A DNA stretch of 63,536 nucleotides, filler included, from Octopus bimaculoides (GCF_001194135.2; 5 parts of 5 records of this genome joined end to end with filler, not necessarily neighbours in it), one strand, 5' to 3'. Shown: positions 51,834-63,536, counted from the whole stretch's first letter. Numbers and translations are program-made. Notes: generated from the letters alone by a model not told the origin.

Positions 51834-53479
51834 ATTTTGGCGCAGCACGCATAGCTCCAGCGTTGTCCTTTAGAATGTAGTATCACAGCGATAAACATAT
51901 TGGAAAGCTGGTATAATGTTAGTGTAGCCCTTAAATCGTTACCAAATTCTGCTTTGAATGCCACTGTCATCATTCATTATGTTAAAACATCAGATAAGGT
52001 CAATGACACCGTGTGGATATGTGTGTGTATATACATACGCACACACATACCTCTTGACATATGTGCATATGTAACTGTATGTATACGTATATGTATGTAT
52101 ATACATACATACATATATATATATAAAATATATATAAAAAATACATATATGTATGTATCTATGTATAAGTATATATGCATGTATGTTTATATATATATAT
52201 ATATATACATACATATACACATCTATCCATACATATGTATGTATATTTGTATATGTATATATGCATGTATGTGTTTGTATATATATATATATATATATAN
52301 NNNNNNNNNNNNNNNNNNNNNNNNNNNNNNNNNNNNNNNNNNNNNNNNNNNNNNNCATCCATCCATACATACATATATATATATAAAATATATATAAAAA
52401 ATACATATATGTATGTATCTATGTATAAGTATATATGCATGTATGTTTATATATATATATATATATACATACATATACACATCTATCCATACATATGTAT
52501 GTATATTTGTATATGTATATATGCATGTATGTGTTTGTATATATATATATATATATATATAAATGCATATATATATGTATATATATATATATATATGTAT
52601 ATAAATATATACATTCATGTATGTATATGTGTATGCATGTAGTTATAGTGATATGTCTATGCAGATGCATACAAGGTGTCATTGACCTGCAATGTGTGTG
52701 CATGCACCAGTGCGTATGTATGTGCATGTGCGTGCGAATATCTACATATATACACATACACACGAACAAAGAGTCCGGGGTCGTCGTGTGTGTCTTTTTT
52801 TTAAAATTTCATCTGTCATTATTCTTCAAAATGTTTTCAATAAAATCTCATCCGAGCATCAAATCACTGACAAAGGACTTTTGATGGAATTCGGAAAACG
52901 GTAAACAGTTTCTTTTTTCCTTTATTTTAAAAAAAAATTTAATTAACATTTCTAAAACAAATGGGTGTCATTGAAAAAAAAAATATATTGTTGCATATTT
53001 TTTTCCATTTTTTTTTCTTCTTTAGAATCGAACGAGGGGTCATTGTAAGAATAGATTACACAAAGAAAAAGGGTTTATACAGAATATCGGAAGAACGAAT
53101 GATGAAACAATGGTATACCCTCCAAGCATCGATCTATTTTCTCTGTCTTCTATTGTTTGGTGGGTCGTAGGAGTTAAATTCTCGACAACCTCCTCCATAG
53201 GGTTCCATCAGAAACGACCATCATTACACTGTTCAAATACGTGATAAATTTCATAGTAAGGGGAACCGTCAAGTAGCGGCAACCAAAGACCGTCACAGAT
53301 TCAGGATTAACCTGATTCACAAGGATCAGTGCCTTCTCACAGTTGTCATTTTCCAACATACAAACGGTGTGAAGGAACATTCCGATCGAACTGGAAGGCA
53401 AGTTAGCTGTGCCATCGTGCCAACGACGCTAACGAACTGAAATCGGCCGTCGCGGAAGTGAACCTAGTTGGTACCATTC

Positions 53480-53806
53480 TAGCACTCCGTCAGTCAAAGA
53501 CGCTGATAGTTCTAGTTGATCTGATCAACAGAACAGCCAGCTCCTGAAATTAACGGTCAGGTGGCTGAGCAGCCCACAAACACGCGTACCCTTAACGTAG
53601 TTCTCAGGAAGATTCAGCGTTACACATGATGGAACAAGGCTGGCCCTTTCAAATACGGGTACTACTCATTTTTACCAGCTGAGTAGACTAGAACGACGTA
53701 AAATAAAGTGTCTTGCTAAAAGACACAACGCCCCGCCTGGAATTGAACTTTCGTAAACCGAATACGATCGTAAACCGAATACCAACCACTAAGCGACGCA
53801 CCTTCA
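53480..53806 (-). mobile_element. SINE with group C tail but a different (CORE/V-like) body
   Basis: 53500-53660 matches the tail at 56255-56400; the body AAAGTGTCTTGCTAAAAGACACAACG is absent from 56400-56530. Confidence 0.75.
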
Positions 53807-53999
53807 CTGATACCATTCTAAAGAAATAAGAGGCGGTGGTAAGAGCAATGGTTAACCTAGACAAGTAAGTAGGCTTGCAACTCAGCACCTAGAAATACAA
53901 CACCTTATTATCAAACTACATCGCTGAACCATTGGACAGGCTAAATTGATCGGAGTCTTTTTCATTTCGGTCTTCCAAGTCAATAGAAATGGAAGCGAT

Positions 54000-54480
54000 G
54001 TTAGGATAGGAGCTAAGTTACCAATGTCAACCAGAAACGGACTGAAAGATCGAGCAGAACTAGCGAATGCTTACATCACTTCCGCTATAATTGACCGCTT
54101 GACCGTCTTGTTTCGACCCTGGCCAACTATCATCTGAGTAGATTCAGCTTTTTATAGAACGGATGGGGCCTACTAGTCTGACGAACAATCTACTGCCAAT
54201 ATCCTCTATGCTAAAGGTTCGGCATGCCGTAGCTGTTGATGCGCGGGCATGCATTGAAGCAATGGCAACTATAGAGATTCCTGGGACGGTGAACGGGTGT
54301 GGTCTCCCTTCGTAAAATAGGGCTATGTGCTGCTTATCTCTGCCGGAGCTGCAATCCTTGAGTCAAGCAAAGACCAAGACTGGGTGTCTGCTACTTGGAT
54401 TATTGTTAGGTGCTTACAGCCTTCTACTAACCGGGCACTGCGGTTGCACTTGATGTTAGCAATCTATATAGAACTAGTGG
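54000..54480 (+). mobile_element. Tx1/L1-type ORF2 fragment (region downstream of RT), decayed
   Basis: LKDRAELANAYITSAIIDRLTV...FL*NGWGLLV*RTIYCQYPLC*RFGMP*LLMRGHAL resembles the L1/Tx1 pattern F.FLWxG...LVRR..C..P...GGLGMP. Confidence 0.7.
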
Positions 54481-54554
54481 TGGGGAAGAATGATAACGTT
54501 TTCGAAGACTTTCTTCCTAATGATTATGTTTCAGTCATTAACCAACGGCCATTT

Positions 54555-54905
54555 TGGAACCCGTCTTGAAAGGTTTAGCCGAAAACATCGATCCCAGGAT
54601 GTATGCATTTTAAGCCTACCGGTCTCTTTTGCCGAACCGCTAGGTCACGGAGATATAAACAAAACAAGGCTGGCTGTCAAACAATGGGGAAGGGTCAAAC
54701 ACAAACACAAACACACACACATGACACGCACACGCACACACACACATATATATGGCGGGCTTTCATACATGTTCCGCCAACCAAACACACTCGCAATATA
54801 TTGGTCGTCCTTTGGGCTACCGTAGAAGACACACTTGCTCAAGATGCAGCGCAGTTAAACTGAACCCAAAACCACGAGACTGTAAAGCGAGCTTCTTAAC
54901 CACAC
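54555..54905 (-). mobile_element. SINE group B, diverged
   Basis: TAAGCCTACCGGTCTCTTTTGCCGAACCGCTAGGTCACGG and GTAGAAGACACACTTGCTCAAG match group B in reverse. Confidence 0.8.
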
Positions 54906-55064
54906 TGGCAGCCCTGCTGTTGGTACATTTAGATACATTTCAGCGTCACTGTGATATTAGTGGCTGGTGGGGTTTGCTAGGTGTAACAGTGTCACCGATA
55001 TTTGTTTTGCTACTGCTAATATTTCTCTGGGCTTCGAACTAGAGGAAGGAAGCTCTCGTTTGTA

Positions 55065-55275
55065 ATAATCCTTCTTAGTTTTGGCACAAGGCCAGCAATT
55101 TGGAGGGGAGGCGGGGTAGTCCAGTACTTGGCTGCTGTTTTATTTTATGGACCCTGAAGAGAAGAATGGCAGTGTTGACCAGACAGTATTTGAACTCAGG
55201 ATGTAAAGAGCCGGAACAAATAACGCAAAATCTATTTTCTTTTTTACGTTCTAACGATTCTGCTAGCTCCTCACC
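55065..55275 (-). mobile_element. SINE group A, diverged
   Basis: TTTTGGCACAAGGCCAGCAATT tail; TTCTAACGATTCTGCTAGCTC head. Confidence 0.75.
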
Positions 55276-56231
55276 TTATATTTTTTTCAAATGTGAAAAA
55301 TATAAACTGAAGTTCCTGATAATTACGCTCCATTTATTGAATGAAGAACTGAGTGCTCAATAATCTTCTCTAGTTTAAAATTATTATAGATATCGGTTAA
55401 AATATATAACTAATATTTTTTGTCTTCATGCGCATAGTGTGCCAAAACATTTTTCGTATTTTCTGTAAAGCACACGTGAGTAAGAAAAGTAAAGAAGCTT
55501 GGAACACTGCTAGAAAGCAATAAAAATATCTGAATTTCTCTCATCCATTGTTTTCCAACTTGGATTTGTGACCTGATTACTTTGCTACCCACGGGTTTAT
55601 TGAACCTTTTTACTTAAGCATATTTTTGAGAATGGTAAATGCAATTCTTTGATGTTGTATTCCCCATTGTTATAAACACTCTTTAAACTTACAACTCATA
55701 AACTATGGACCGTTGTTATGAATAATTCTTTTTTGGAATAAACGTAAAAAGGAATTTCATGCAGTTGATCAAATTGTAAGTTCCAGTTGATTTCAGGCCA
55801 AATATTTCTGGTCAACGTGATGTATCAACAATAACAGTGATTCTTCTTCATTGTGTAGCAGACCACTAAAAACTACATATAGTCCCTTCCACGCACTTGG
55901 TATCTTAGATATTATTATGTTTCTCAATAGCTCAAAACGATTCTGATGACACACATACGAATCAAATATTTTCTGGTTTGTTGATGCCTTTTATAACCGG
56001 AAAGGTAGTCATCATAGTCCCCATTGCAACATGTTTGGCAAACACTCCTCCTATCATTAAATGATGCTGACAGTGGTCGATGGTCTCTGAAGATATTGAA
56101 TGATCTTCCATTTAAAAATATTCTTGAAATTTACTCAGGTCTATATCCACAGCAAGGCCTTTTTTTTTTTTCAATTTGGTAATACCGTAATTCAATTAAA
56201 GGAAGTGCTTTTGCTAGACATATGTTGTTGG

Positions 56232-56607
56232 CACTCCGTCGCTTATGACGTCGAGGGTTCCAGTTGGTCCTATCAACGGAACAGCCTGCTCGTGAAATTA
56301 ACGTGCAAGTGGCTGAGCACTCCACAGACACGTGTACCCTTAACGTAGTTCTCGGGGATATTCAGCGTGGCACAGTGTGACAAGGCTGACCCTTTGAATT
56401 ACAGGCACAACAGAAACAGGAAGTAAGAGTGAGAGAAAGTTGTGGTGGAAGAGTACAGCAGGGTTCACCACCATCCCCTGCCGGAGCCTCGTGGAGCTTT
56501 CGGTGTTTTCACTCAATAAACACTCACAACGCCCGGTCTGGGAATCGAAACCGCGATCCTATAACCGCGAGTCCGCTGCCCTAACCACTGGGCCATTGCG
56601 CCTCCAC
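56232..56607 (-). mobile_element. Full-length SINE group C (tRNA-derived head)
   Basis: Minus strand reads GTGGAGGCGCAATGGCCCAGTGGTTAGGGCAGCGGACTCGCGG...GGTTTCGATTCCCAGACCGGGCG with A/B boxes. Confidence 0.9.
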
Positions 56608-56864
56608 GATAGACATATAGGTAACAACAAAACATTCGCTACTGGAATTGTGATAGCAATGGTCAATTACGCTGTGCTGCCAATCCAACTATGAGTTCAA
56701 ATCTCGCCAAGATCAACTCTACTGGCCAGTCTTCCTGTATCGACAAAATGCAGAACCAGTTCAGAACGACCAATAGAGGAATTGTACGTGTTGTGTTGAC
56801 GCCCCCAGGCGAAGAATTAGGATCTCCCAAGAAATATAAATAAAGGTAGTCTGGCCGTGGTAGG

Positions 56865-56930
56865 AGTGTTGAGTAGCAGTCGAGTAGTGTTGAGTAGCAG
56901 TCGAGTAGTGTTGAGTAGCAGTCGAGTAGC
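56865..56930. repeat. 21-bp tandem repeat, 3 copies
   Basis: AGTGTTGAGTAGCAGTCGAGT starting at 56865, 56886 and 56907. Confidence 0.9.
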
Positions 56931-58249
56931 AGTTGTGTAGCGGTTGAGTAGAGATCATCCGAAGGTGCTAGATAGCAGTAGCTTGAGACATAACAGTACG
57001 GATGTCCAATAAAATACTTTGGAGTATTTGTCTCAGTTCTTTACGCTTTCAGTTTTTAGGTAAGTGTGAGATTTTGTAAAAAGTACTCGAAGAAAGCAAC
57101 TGAAAACCATGAGAATTCCATAACGAGAACAAGGCACTTATCAAGGAAGACAGCAGGAATCGTTAGTCGACCTGGTGGTGCAGAAAGAAAATGGAAAGCA
57201 ATCCTGTACATGTTTTGTGTTTAGCTGACTTCATCTACAAAGCATAGCATTCGTTTTGTCACACAGTGATAAATATAATCACTAAGGCAATATAGCGTTT
57301 ATTTCAAATAATTTGTTCTCTCAAGTTATGAATGAATCTACTTCTATCAGGACGCAAAGAACGTCACATAAGATCGAAAGAGGTCTATCGTTCTTCATGA
57401 GTTTGTTTTAAAGATCAGATACACACCAATCAGCACTGCCTATAATATTCAAAAATTCCTATTAATCGATCCTATGGGACCTTTTGGTTTTAGGTATTAG
57501 ACACCACTAAAGGGAATTTTTATCTACATCCGTTTTTGACTGAAAGCGTATAAGACGCACTTTTTTCCGAAAGAATGTTTCAAAAATTTACTCCGTTTCC
57601 TATATGCAAAGTTGGACCGATATTGCATGCTATCACCCGTTCACTGAAGAAAGCATATATGTCCACTAAAAATTTCATTACCCTTAACAGCAGAAGGCAA
57701 TTTTATATACGAATCTTGGAATGTCAATTTGAAACTATTTTCTGCTGAGATATGTCAAGTTTATTGTGAGGCAATGTGACTTGCAGAAAATACCAAATCT
57801 AATTTTTTTTTTTGCAGATATTTAACAGCATTATTGGAATAATCATGAAATTCAATTTCACAGTGAAGGGATAATGATGTACTAAAACGTTTTTTCCTGA
57901 AAATAAGCTGTTGGACTCGGAGTGCGCCTTGATATGTTCGGGTGTCTTTTATGCCATCAAATACGGTAATTACTGGAATGTACTCTGATAATCGAAGCTT
58001 CCAATTCACTATACTTCTTATCTGAGGAACTAGCCTAAGTGCATATTAAGCATGCAGAAGAATTCCCTAGGGTACTATCATTTTATCCATATTATTCAAA
58101 TATTTATAAGTAATTTTGCTTTGTGTAGCTAACATGAGGAGCCGAGCAGTGTTAAAAATAGCAGCCAAGTCGGCCTAAAATCACACCCTACTACCTTAAA
58201 ATAAAAGATTCTTTGGATATTGTACCCCTGGTGGTTTCTATCTTTTACA

Positions 58250-58432
58250 CTCTACTTGCTTCAGTTACTGGAGTGCGACCATGCTGAAGCACCACCTTCA
58301 AGGGTTTAGTCGAAGAAATCAATCCTCAGAACTTAGTTTTAAAGCCTCGCCCTTATTCTATCGGTCTTTTGCCGAACCACTAAGTTACGGGGACCTAAAT
58401 AAATCAAAACCAGTTGTCAAGCAATGGCGGAG
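58250..58432 (-). mobile_element. SINE group B 3' half
   Basis: TTCTATCGGTCTTTGCCGAACCACTAAGTTACGGGGAC...CAGTTGTCAAGC. Confidence 0.8.
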
Positions 58433-59153
58433 AATACACACACACACACACACACACACACACNNNNNNNNNNNNNNNNNNNNNNNNNNNNNNNNNNNNN
58501 NNNNNNNNNNNNNNNNNNNNNNNNNNNNNNNNNNNNNNNNNNNNNNNNNNNNNNNNNNNNNNNNNNNNNNNNNNNNNNNNNNNNNNNNNNNNNNNNNNNN
58601 NNNNNNNNNNNNNNNNNNNNNNNNNNNNNNNNNNNNNNNNNNNNNNNNNNNNNNNNNNNNNNNNNNNNNNNNNNNNNNNNNNNNNNNNNNNNNNNNNNNN
58701 NNNNNNNNNNNNNNNNNNNNNNNNNNNNNNNNNNNNNNNNNNNNNNNNNNNNNNNNNNNNNNNNNNNNNNNNNNNNNNNNNNNNNNNNNNNNNNNNNNNN
58801 NNNNNNNNNNNNNNNNNNNNNNNNNNNNNNNNNNNNNNNNNNNNNNNNNNNNNNNNNNNNNNNNNNNNNNNNNNNNNNNNNNNNNNNNNNNNNNNNNNNN
58901 NNNNNNNNNNNNNNNNNNNNNNNNNNNNNNNNNNNNNNNNNNNNNNNNNNNNNNNNNNNNNNNNNNNNNNNNNNNNNNNNNNNNNNNNNNNNNNNNNNNN
59001 NNNNNNNNNNNNNNNNNNNNNNNNNNNNNNNNNNNNNCCTCTCTCTCTCTCTCTCTCTCTCTCTCCTTCATTAATTTTATCTAATTCTGCCTATTAGTCT
59101 GTCTATTAAACATTAAATTGAACTATCAAGCTAGCTATATGTTTGTCTGTCTG

Positions 59154-59200
<47 letters not shown>

Positions 59201-59216
59201 CTCTATATACACCCCC

Positions 59217-59338
59217 AGGCGCAGGAGTAGCTGTGTGGTAAGTAGCTTGATTACCAACCACATGGTTCCGGGTTCAGTCTCACTGCGTGGCACCTTGGGC
59301 AAGTGTCTTCTACTATATCATCGGGCCGACCAATGCTT

Positions 59339-59345
<7 letters not shown>
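59217..59345 (+). mobile_element. SINE group B head
   Basis: GGCGCAGGAGTAGCTGTGTGGTAAG...GGTTCCGGGTTCAGTCTCACTGCGTGGCACCTTGGGCAAGTGTCTTCTACTAT. Confidence 0.9.
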
Positions 59346-59376
<31 letters not shown>

Positions 59377-60355
59377 NNNNNNNNNNNNNNNNNNNNNNNN
59401 NNNNNNNNNNNNNNNNNNNNNNNNNNNNNNNNNNNNNNNNNNNNNNNNNNNNNNNNNNNNNNNNNNNNNNNNNNNNNNNNNNNNNNNNNNNNNNNNNNNN
59501 NNNNNNNNNNNNNNNNNNNNNNNNNNNNNNNNNNNNNNNNNNNNNNNNNNNNNNNNNNNNNNNNNNNNNNNNNNNNNNNNNNNNNNNNNNNNNNNNNNNN
59601 NNNNNNNNNNNNNNNNNNNNNNNNNNNNNNNNNNNNNNNNNNNNNNNNNNNNNNNNNNNNNNNNNNNNNNNNNNNNNNNNNNNNNNNNNNNNNNNNNNNN
59701 NNNNNNNNNNNNNNNNNNNNNNNNNNNNNNNNNNNNNNNNNNNNNNNNNNNNNNNNNNNNNNNNNNNNNNNNNNNNNNNNNNNNNNNNNNNNNNNNNNNN
59801 NNNNNNNNNNNNNNNNNNNNNNNNNNNNNNNNNNNNNNNNNNNNNNNNNNNNNNNNNNNNNNNNNNNNNNNNNNNNNNNNNNNNNNNNNNNNNNNNNNNN
59901 NNNNNNNNNNNNNNNNNNNNNNNNNNNNNNNNNNNNNNNNNNNNNNNNNNNNNNNNNNNNNNNNNNNNNNNNNNNNNNNNNNNNNNNNNNNNNNNNNNNN
60001 NNNNNNNNNNNNNNNNNNNNNNNNNNNNNNNNNNNNNNNNNNNNNNNNNNNNNNNNNNNNNNNNNNNNNNNNNNNNNNNNNNNNNNNNNNNNNNNNNNNN
60101 NNNNATATAATTTTGCTTAAAAGAGTTCCAACACTGTCTGTTTTTATGTTTTATTTATATTCCTGCAGAACTAATGTGGGGTATAGAATATGGAATATAC
60201 AATATATAATATGATATACAATATACAATATAAAATAAAATAACATAAAAATGGATGGCACCCTGAAAGAAAGTATTGAATGTAGATGAAATATTGAGTG
60301 TTCAATATAAAGGATCAAATATATAAATATATAAATATAAATATATATATATAAA

Positions 60356-60395
60356 GGCGACTCGAGTTTCAGGACTATTTCCCTTCGTCATGGCC
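60356..60395 (-). ncRNA. Minimal type I hammerhead ribozyme motif (1-nt core insertion), homologue of 125-169
   Basis: Minus strand: GGC-C(A)TGACGA-AGGG aaatag TCCT-GAAA-CTCGAG-TC-GCC. GUC triplet; stem II/loop nearly identical to the first motif. Confidence 0.65.
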
Positions 60396-61521
60396 GGTAT
60401 GACAGACTTTAACAGACTATATATATATATATATCCTATTTATCTGCCTACCAGTGTGTCCATTACTTAACAAACCAAAATGTCTGACTAGTTGAATGCA
60501 TGTTTCCATATCTCTCCCCGCTTTTTTTCCAACCTCTCACTCTCATCACTCTCTCTCTCTCTCTCTCTTCTTCTCTCTTTCTCTCTCTTTCTCTCTCTCT
60601 TCCTTCCCCTCTTGATATATCGATTTTTTCATCCAATACATGCCTGTTCAGTTTAATTCTCCATCAATCAACAATCAACATTACTATATGATTCAGTCTG
60701 TGTGTCTGTCTGTCTATCTGTCTGTCTGTCTCTCTGTCTCTGTCTCTGTCTCTCTGTCCCTCTCTCTCTCTCTCTCTCTTTCTCTTTCTCTCTTCCCTCT
60801 TTCCTTTCTCTTTCTCTCCCTCTCGCTGTTTATCTCACTGTTACACACACACACACACATGCACACAAACATGCACTCGCATACATATATACATGCATAC
60901 ATACATACATGCAAATGTATGAAAAGCGAAAGTGAAAGGAAGAGAGAAAGATGGGTAGACAGAGCGACAGAGCGACAGACAGACAGACAGTCAAACAGAC
61001 AAGCAGACAAACAGACAGACAAGCCGATAAACAGACAAACAGACAAACACACAGAAAAAAAGAAGTTTTCGATGTAATTTGAAACCCTTCCACCTAATAA
61101 CTTCAAATGCACCTGTCTGTACGATTAAACAACACAAAAGCCAATAACTTTATACTAATCTGCAGTTAATCCGCTCATCCAATTATAGTTGCTAATCCCA
61201 GAATGCTTTGCGTCAATCGTGTACGGAGTTTCAGTAAGCTAATTAACGCCGTGTATTGATTTCTTCCGACCAGGCACAAGGTTAAATTTGATGTGGGGTG
61301 TGGGCCATCCGGAGCGACTTGCCTCTTCTTGCTGTAGTTGCTTACCTGTTTAACCCCGAGTCAGCCCTGATTGAGCAGATTCATAATCAACAGCTTACCA
61401 ACTGTGGCCATCCCATTTGTTTTACACAACAGTCTACACCGTCCTTTTAGATGCGTCTTTCAATTTTTTTTTCAAGACGCTACCAGTAGCGTAACTGAGG
61501 TTGGGTGCGACCAGGCCCTCC

Positions 61522-61621
61522 NNNNNNNNNNNNNNNNNNNNNNNNNNNNNNNNNNNNNNNNNNNNTTAATTAATTAANNNNNNNNNNNNNNNNNNNNNNN
61601 NNNNNNNNNNNNNNNNNNNNN
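61522..61621. other. Artificial scaffold-joining spacer
   Basis: 44 N + TTAATTAATTAA (61566-61577) + 44 N. Confidence 0.95.
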
Positions 61622-61699
61622 TCATGAGCTGAAGCTAAATCAAATCAAATCACGTATATATATAAAATAAAAGAAGGAAAATGCACATACTTTACATAG

Positions 61700-62155
61700 T
61701 TTTAATATATTTTAAATGAAAGAGTATTGTGGTTGTCAACCGGTTTCGCTTTCGCTAATCAAGACATTGAAATTATTGTAATTTTGTATTTTTTTAGGAA
61801 GATTTTAGTCCATGTTCTTGTATGAAAGTTTGTGAATGAATCAAGTAGAAAAATCTTAAGGGAAAGTAATTGGTGATAGTGTTTTCAGAATGTTGTTCAT
61901 TTTAGGATCCCTAGTGAGCATAGGCAGATTTTGTACAATAGTGTTGTATGCCTCATTGTTTCTAAGGTTGTGAGTTGATATATACGGTAGTATTTTGAGA
62001 TGAGGTGTTTCATTTTATTTCCCTTAGTGTTTCAATGCCTATTTTCTTGGCACATTTAATTCCATCATCTATAAGTGAGGGTGGATATTGTCTCTCAAGT
62101 AGTGTTGTTCTGAGGTCTTGAAGACAGAGGTTCCGAGTATTTCTATCAGAAACTA
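61700..62155 (-). mobile_element. Penelope-like element fragment (RT thumb/linker toward GIY-YIG)
   Basis: IVSDRNTRNLCLQDLRTTLLERQYPPSLIDDGIKCAK, then after a frameshift ILPYISTHNLRNNEAYNTIVQNLPMLTRDPKMNNIL; typical PLE motifs (L..RxYP...I; PF/YxxTHN). Confidence 0.75.
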
Positions 62156-62166
62156 TTTGTATATGT

Positions 62167-62215
<49 letters not shown>

Positions 62216-62255
62216 CAATATAAACATATATGTATGTATGTATGTATGTATGTAT

Positions 62256-63185
62256 ATCATCTTCCATGTTGGCCGGTTTGACAGGCTCTGACTTACTGGA
62301 GGAATGTTTTGGCATGGTTTCTCTGGCTGGATGCCCTTCCTAATGCCAACCACTTTACAGAGTGTACTGGGTGCTTATACACAGCCACAGCATGGGTGCT
62401 TTTTACATGGTATCAGCACCTATGAGCCTGCTGGATTAGGTATGCTTATCTAGAGAGGGTTGCAGGGGATGAACCTGTTTGCAAGGATAACCATGCTTTT
62501 ACTTGGTATGATGTGTTTTTTCAAGCACAACAAATCACCAGGAGTCTCAGTCCCCTGTCATCCCCTCTGTGAGTGCCAACATCTGTAGATCCTTTCCCAC
62601 CACTTCATTTCATGTCTTCGTAGGTCTCCCATTCTGCATGTTCCCTCTACAATTAGAGATCAGCACCTCTTGATGCAACTAACTTCATTCATATGCATTA
62701 CATGGCCATTCCACCACAGTCTTCTCTCTTGCACACTGTCTGATGCTACATATACCCAGTTTTTCTCTCAAAACACACTCTGTTGTATATGCACACTGAC
62801 ATTACCCATCCAGTGGAGCATACTGGCTTGATTTCTTTCAGTTCTTTGCATATCCTCATTAGTCACAACCAATGTAGCATAGCTGTTTATACACAGTCAT
62901 TGTATAATCTACCTTTCACTCTGAGGAAGAGGCCTTTCATTACTAACAAAGGTAGAAGCTCTCTGAACTTCACCCAGCCTCTTCTTATTCCAGCAGCTAT
63001 GCTTTCGGAACAACCACAACTACTACTAACTTGGTCACCTAAGTAACGAAAGAAGCTCTCTGAACTTCACCCAGCCTATTCTTATTCCAGCAGCTATACT
63101 TTCAGAGCAACCATAACTACTACTAACTTGGTCATCTAAGTAATGGAAACTGTCTACTACTTCTAGGGATCCCCCACCGGCATAC
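62256..63185 (-). mobile_element. 3' kilobase of an RTE-clade LINE (ORF2 end + 3' UTR) with a 97-bp tandem duplication
   Basis: FRYLGDQVSSSCGCSESIAAGIRRGWVKFRELLPLLVMKGLFLRVKGRLY...ASMLHWM...WNGHVMHM...GRPTKT; 3' UTR contains GGATGCCCTTCCTAATGCCAACC. Duplicated units start at 62954 and 63051. Confidence 0.9.
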
Positions 63186-63536
63186 AAGGGAGTCTATTTT
63201 TTGTACATTCTTGGTGTTTAATGTATCTGCACATCTGCAACATATAAAGACTACTTTCTCTGTTAGTATATATATTTATATATATATTAAAAACATAAAA
63301 ATAAAAACAGAACACAAAGGATTCCGCGGTACACATGTTTCAAGCTTTATAGTCGTTGCATCATTATATTGGTATATAATTGATAGACAGGATGGTGTAA
63401 AGCTATCTTCAGCCGCAAATATATTCTTTCCCAAGCATTATATCACAAAGAAGAAGTCACCAAGAACAAAGTAAAAGAGGGAGAAACATGAGAGATAAAA
63501 GGTGAGAGTCCACTTGGTATTGTCCATTGTAATATA

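Larger units (their letters stand above)
1..63536. repeat. Pervasive simple repeats: (TA)n, (CA/TG)n, (TATC)n, (TACA)n, (GA)n, (AAT)n; most N gaps are bounded by them
   Basis: Direct reading, e.g. 4529-4585, 13130-13198, 37278-37420, 40420-40680, 43125-43190. Confidence 0.98.

Noticed and set aside
56530-56607. tRNA-like sequences with A/B boxes (also at 16776, 26930 and the SINE A/B heads)
   Set aside because: They continue into SINE bodies and I could not fold a full cloverleaf; called SINE heads, not tRNA genes.
57761-58009. 82-aa minus-strand ORF in unique sequence (also 3600-3830 minus and 21224-21400 plus)
   Set aside because: No recognisable domain or chain of compatible exons; cannot be supported without a database search.
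60356-62155. Hammerhead and PLE RT relic as parts of one element
   Set aside because: Separated by the artificial spacer at 61522-61621, so linkage is unproven.
909-62353. Dozens of long ORFs rich in HT/CV/YI/LS/X
   Set aside because: They are translations of (CA)n, (TA)n, (TATC)n and (GA)n repeats and N gaps, not genes.

Overview
This is AT-rich, microsatellite-saturated eukaryotic DNA. The SINE and LINE families look like those of an octopod cephalopod (Octopus-like; inferred from recalled repeat families, not searched). The window is not one contiguous molecule. Four 100-bp spacers (44 N + TTAATTAATTAA + 44 N, stops in all six frames) at 15028, 31976, 50520 and 61522 join five scaffolds, and there are many ordinary N gaps. 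No intact host gene can be supported; nearly all listed ORFs are translated microsatellites or gaps. Recognisable content is decayed mobile DNA: about 20 tRNA-type SINE copies in three modular groups, a near full-length piggyBac relic, RTE, Tx1/L1, RLE (R4/NeSL-like) and Penelope-like (PLE) fragments, and three ORF1-like (RRM-like/CCHC) relics without ORF2. The most interesting signal is non-coding. There are three minimal type I hammerhead ribozyme motifs (125-169 +, 50344-50423 +, 60356-60395 -), each with a different self-complementary hexamer as stem III and covarying stem I, plus two partial or decayed hammerhead-like motifs. This is the architecture of PLE pseudo-LTR/retrozyme ribozymes. 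Also notable are a SINE broken exactly into (TTAGGG)4 at a scaffold end, a 50-bp inverted repeat enclosing a microsatellite, and a SINE trimer inside a cryptic minisatellite.
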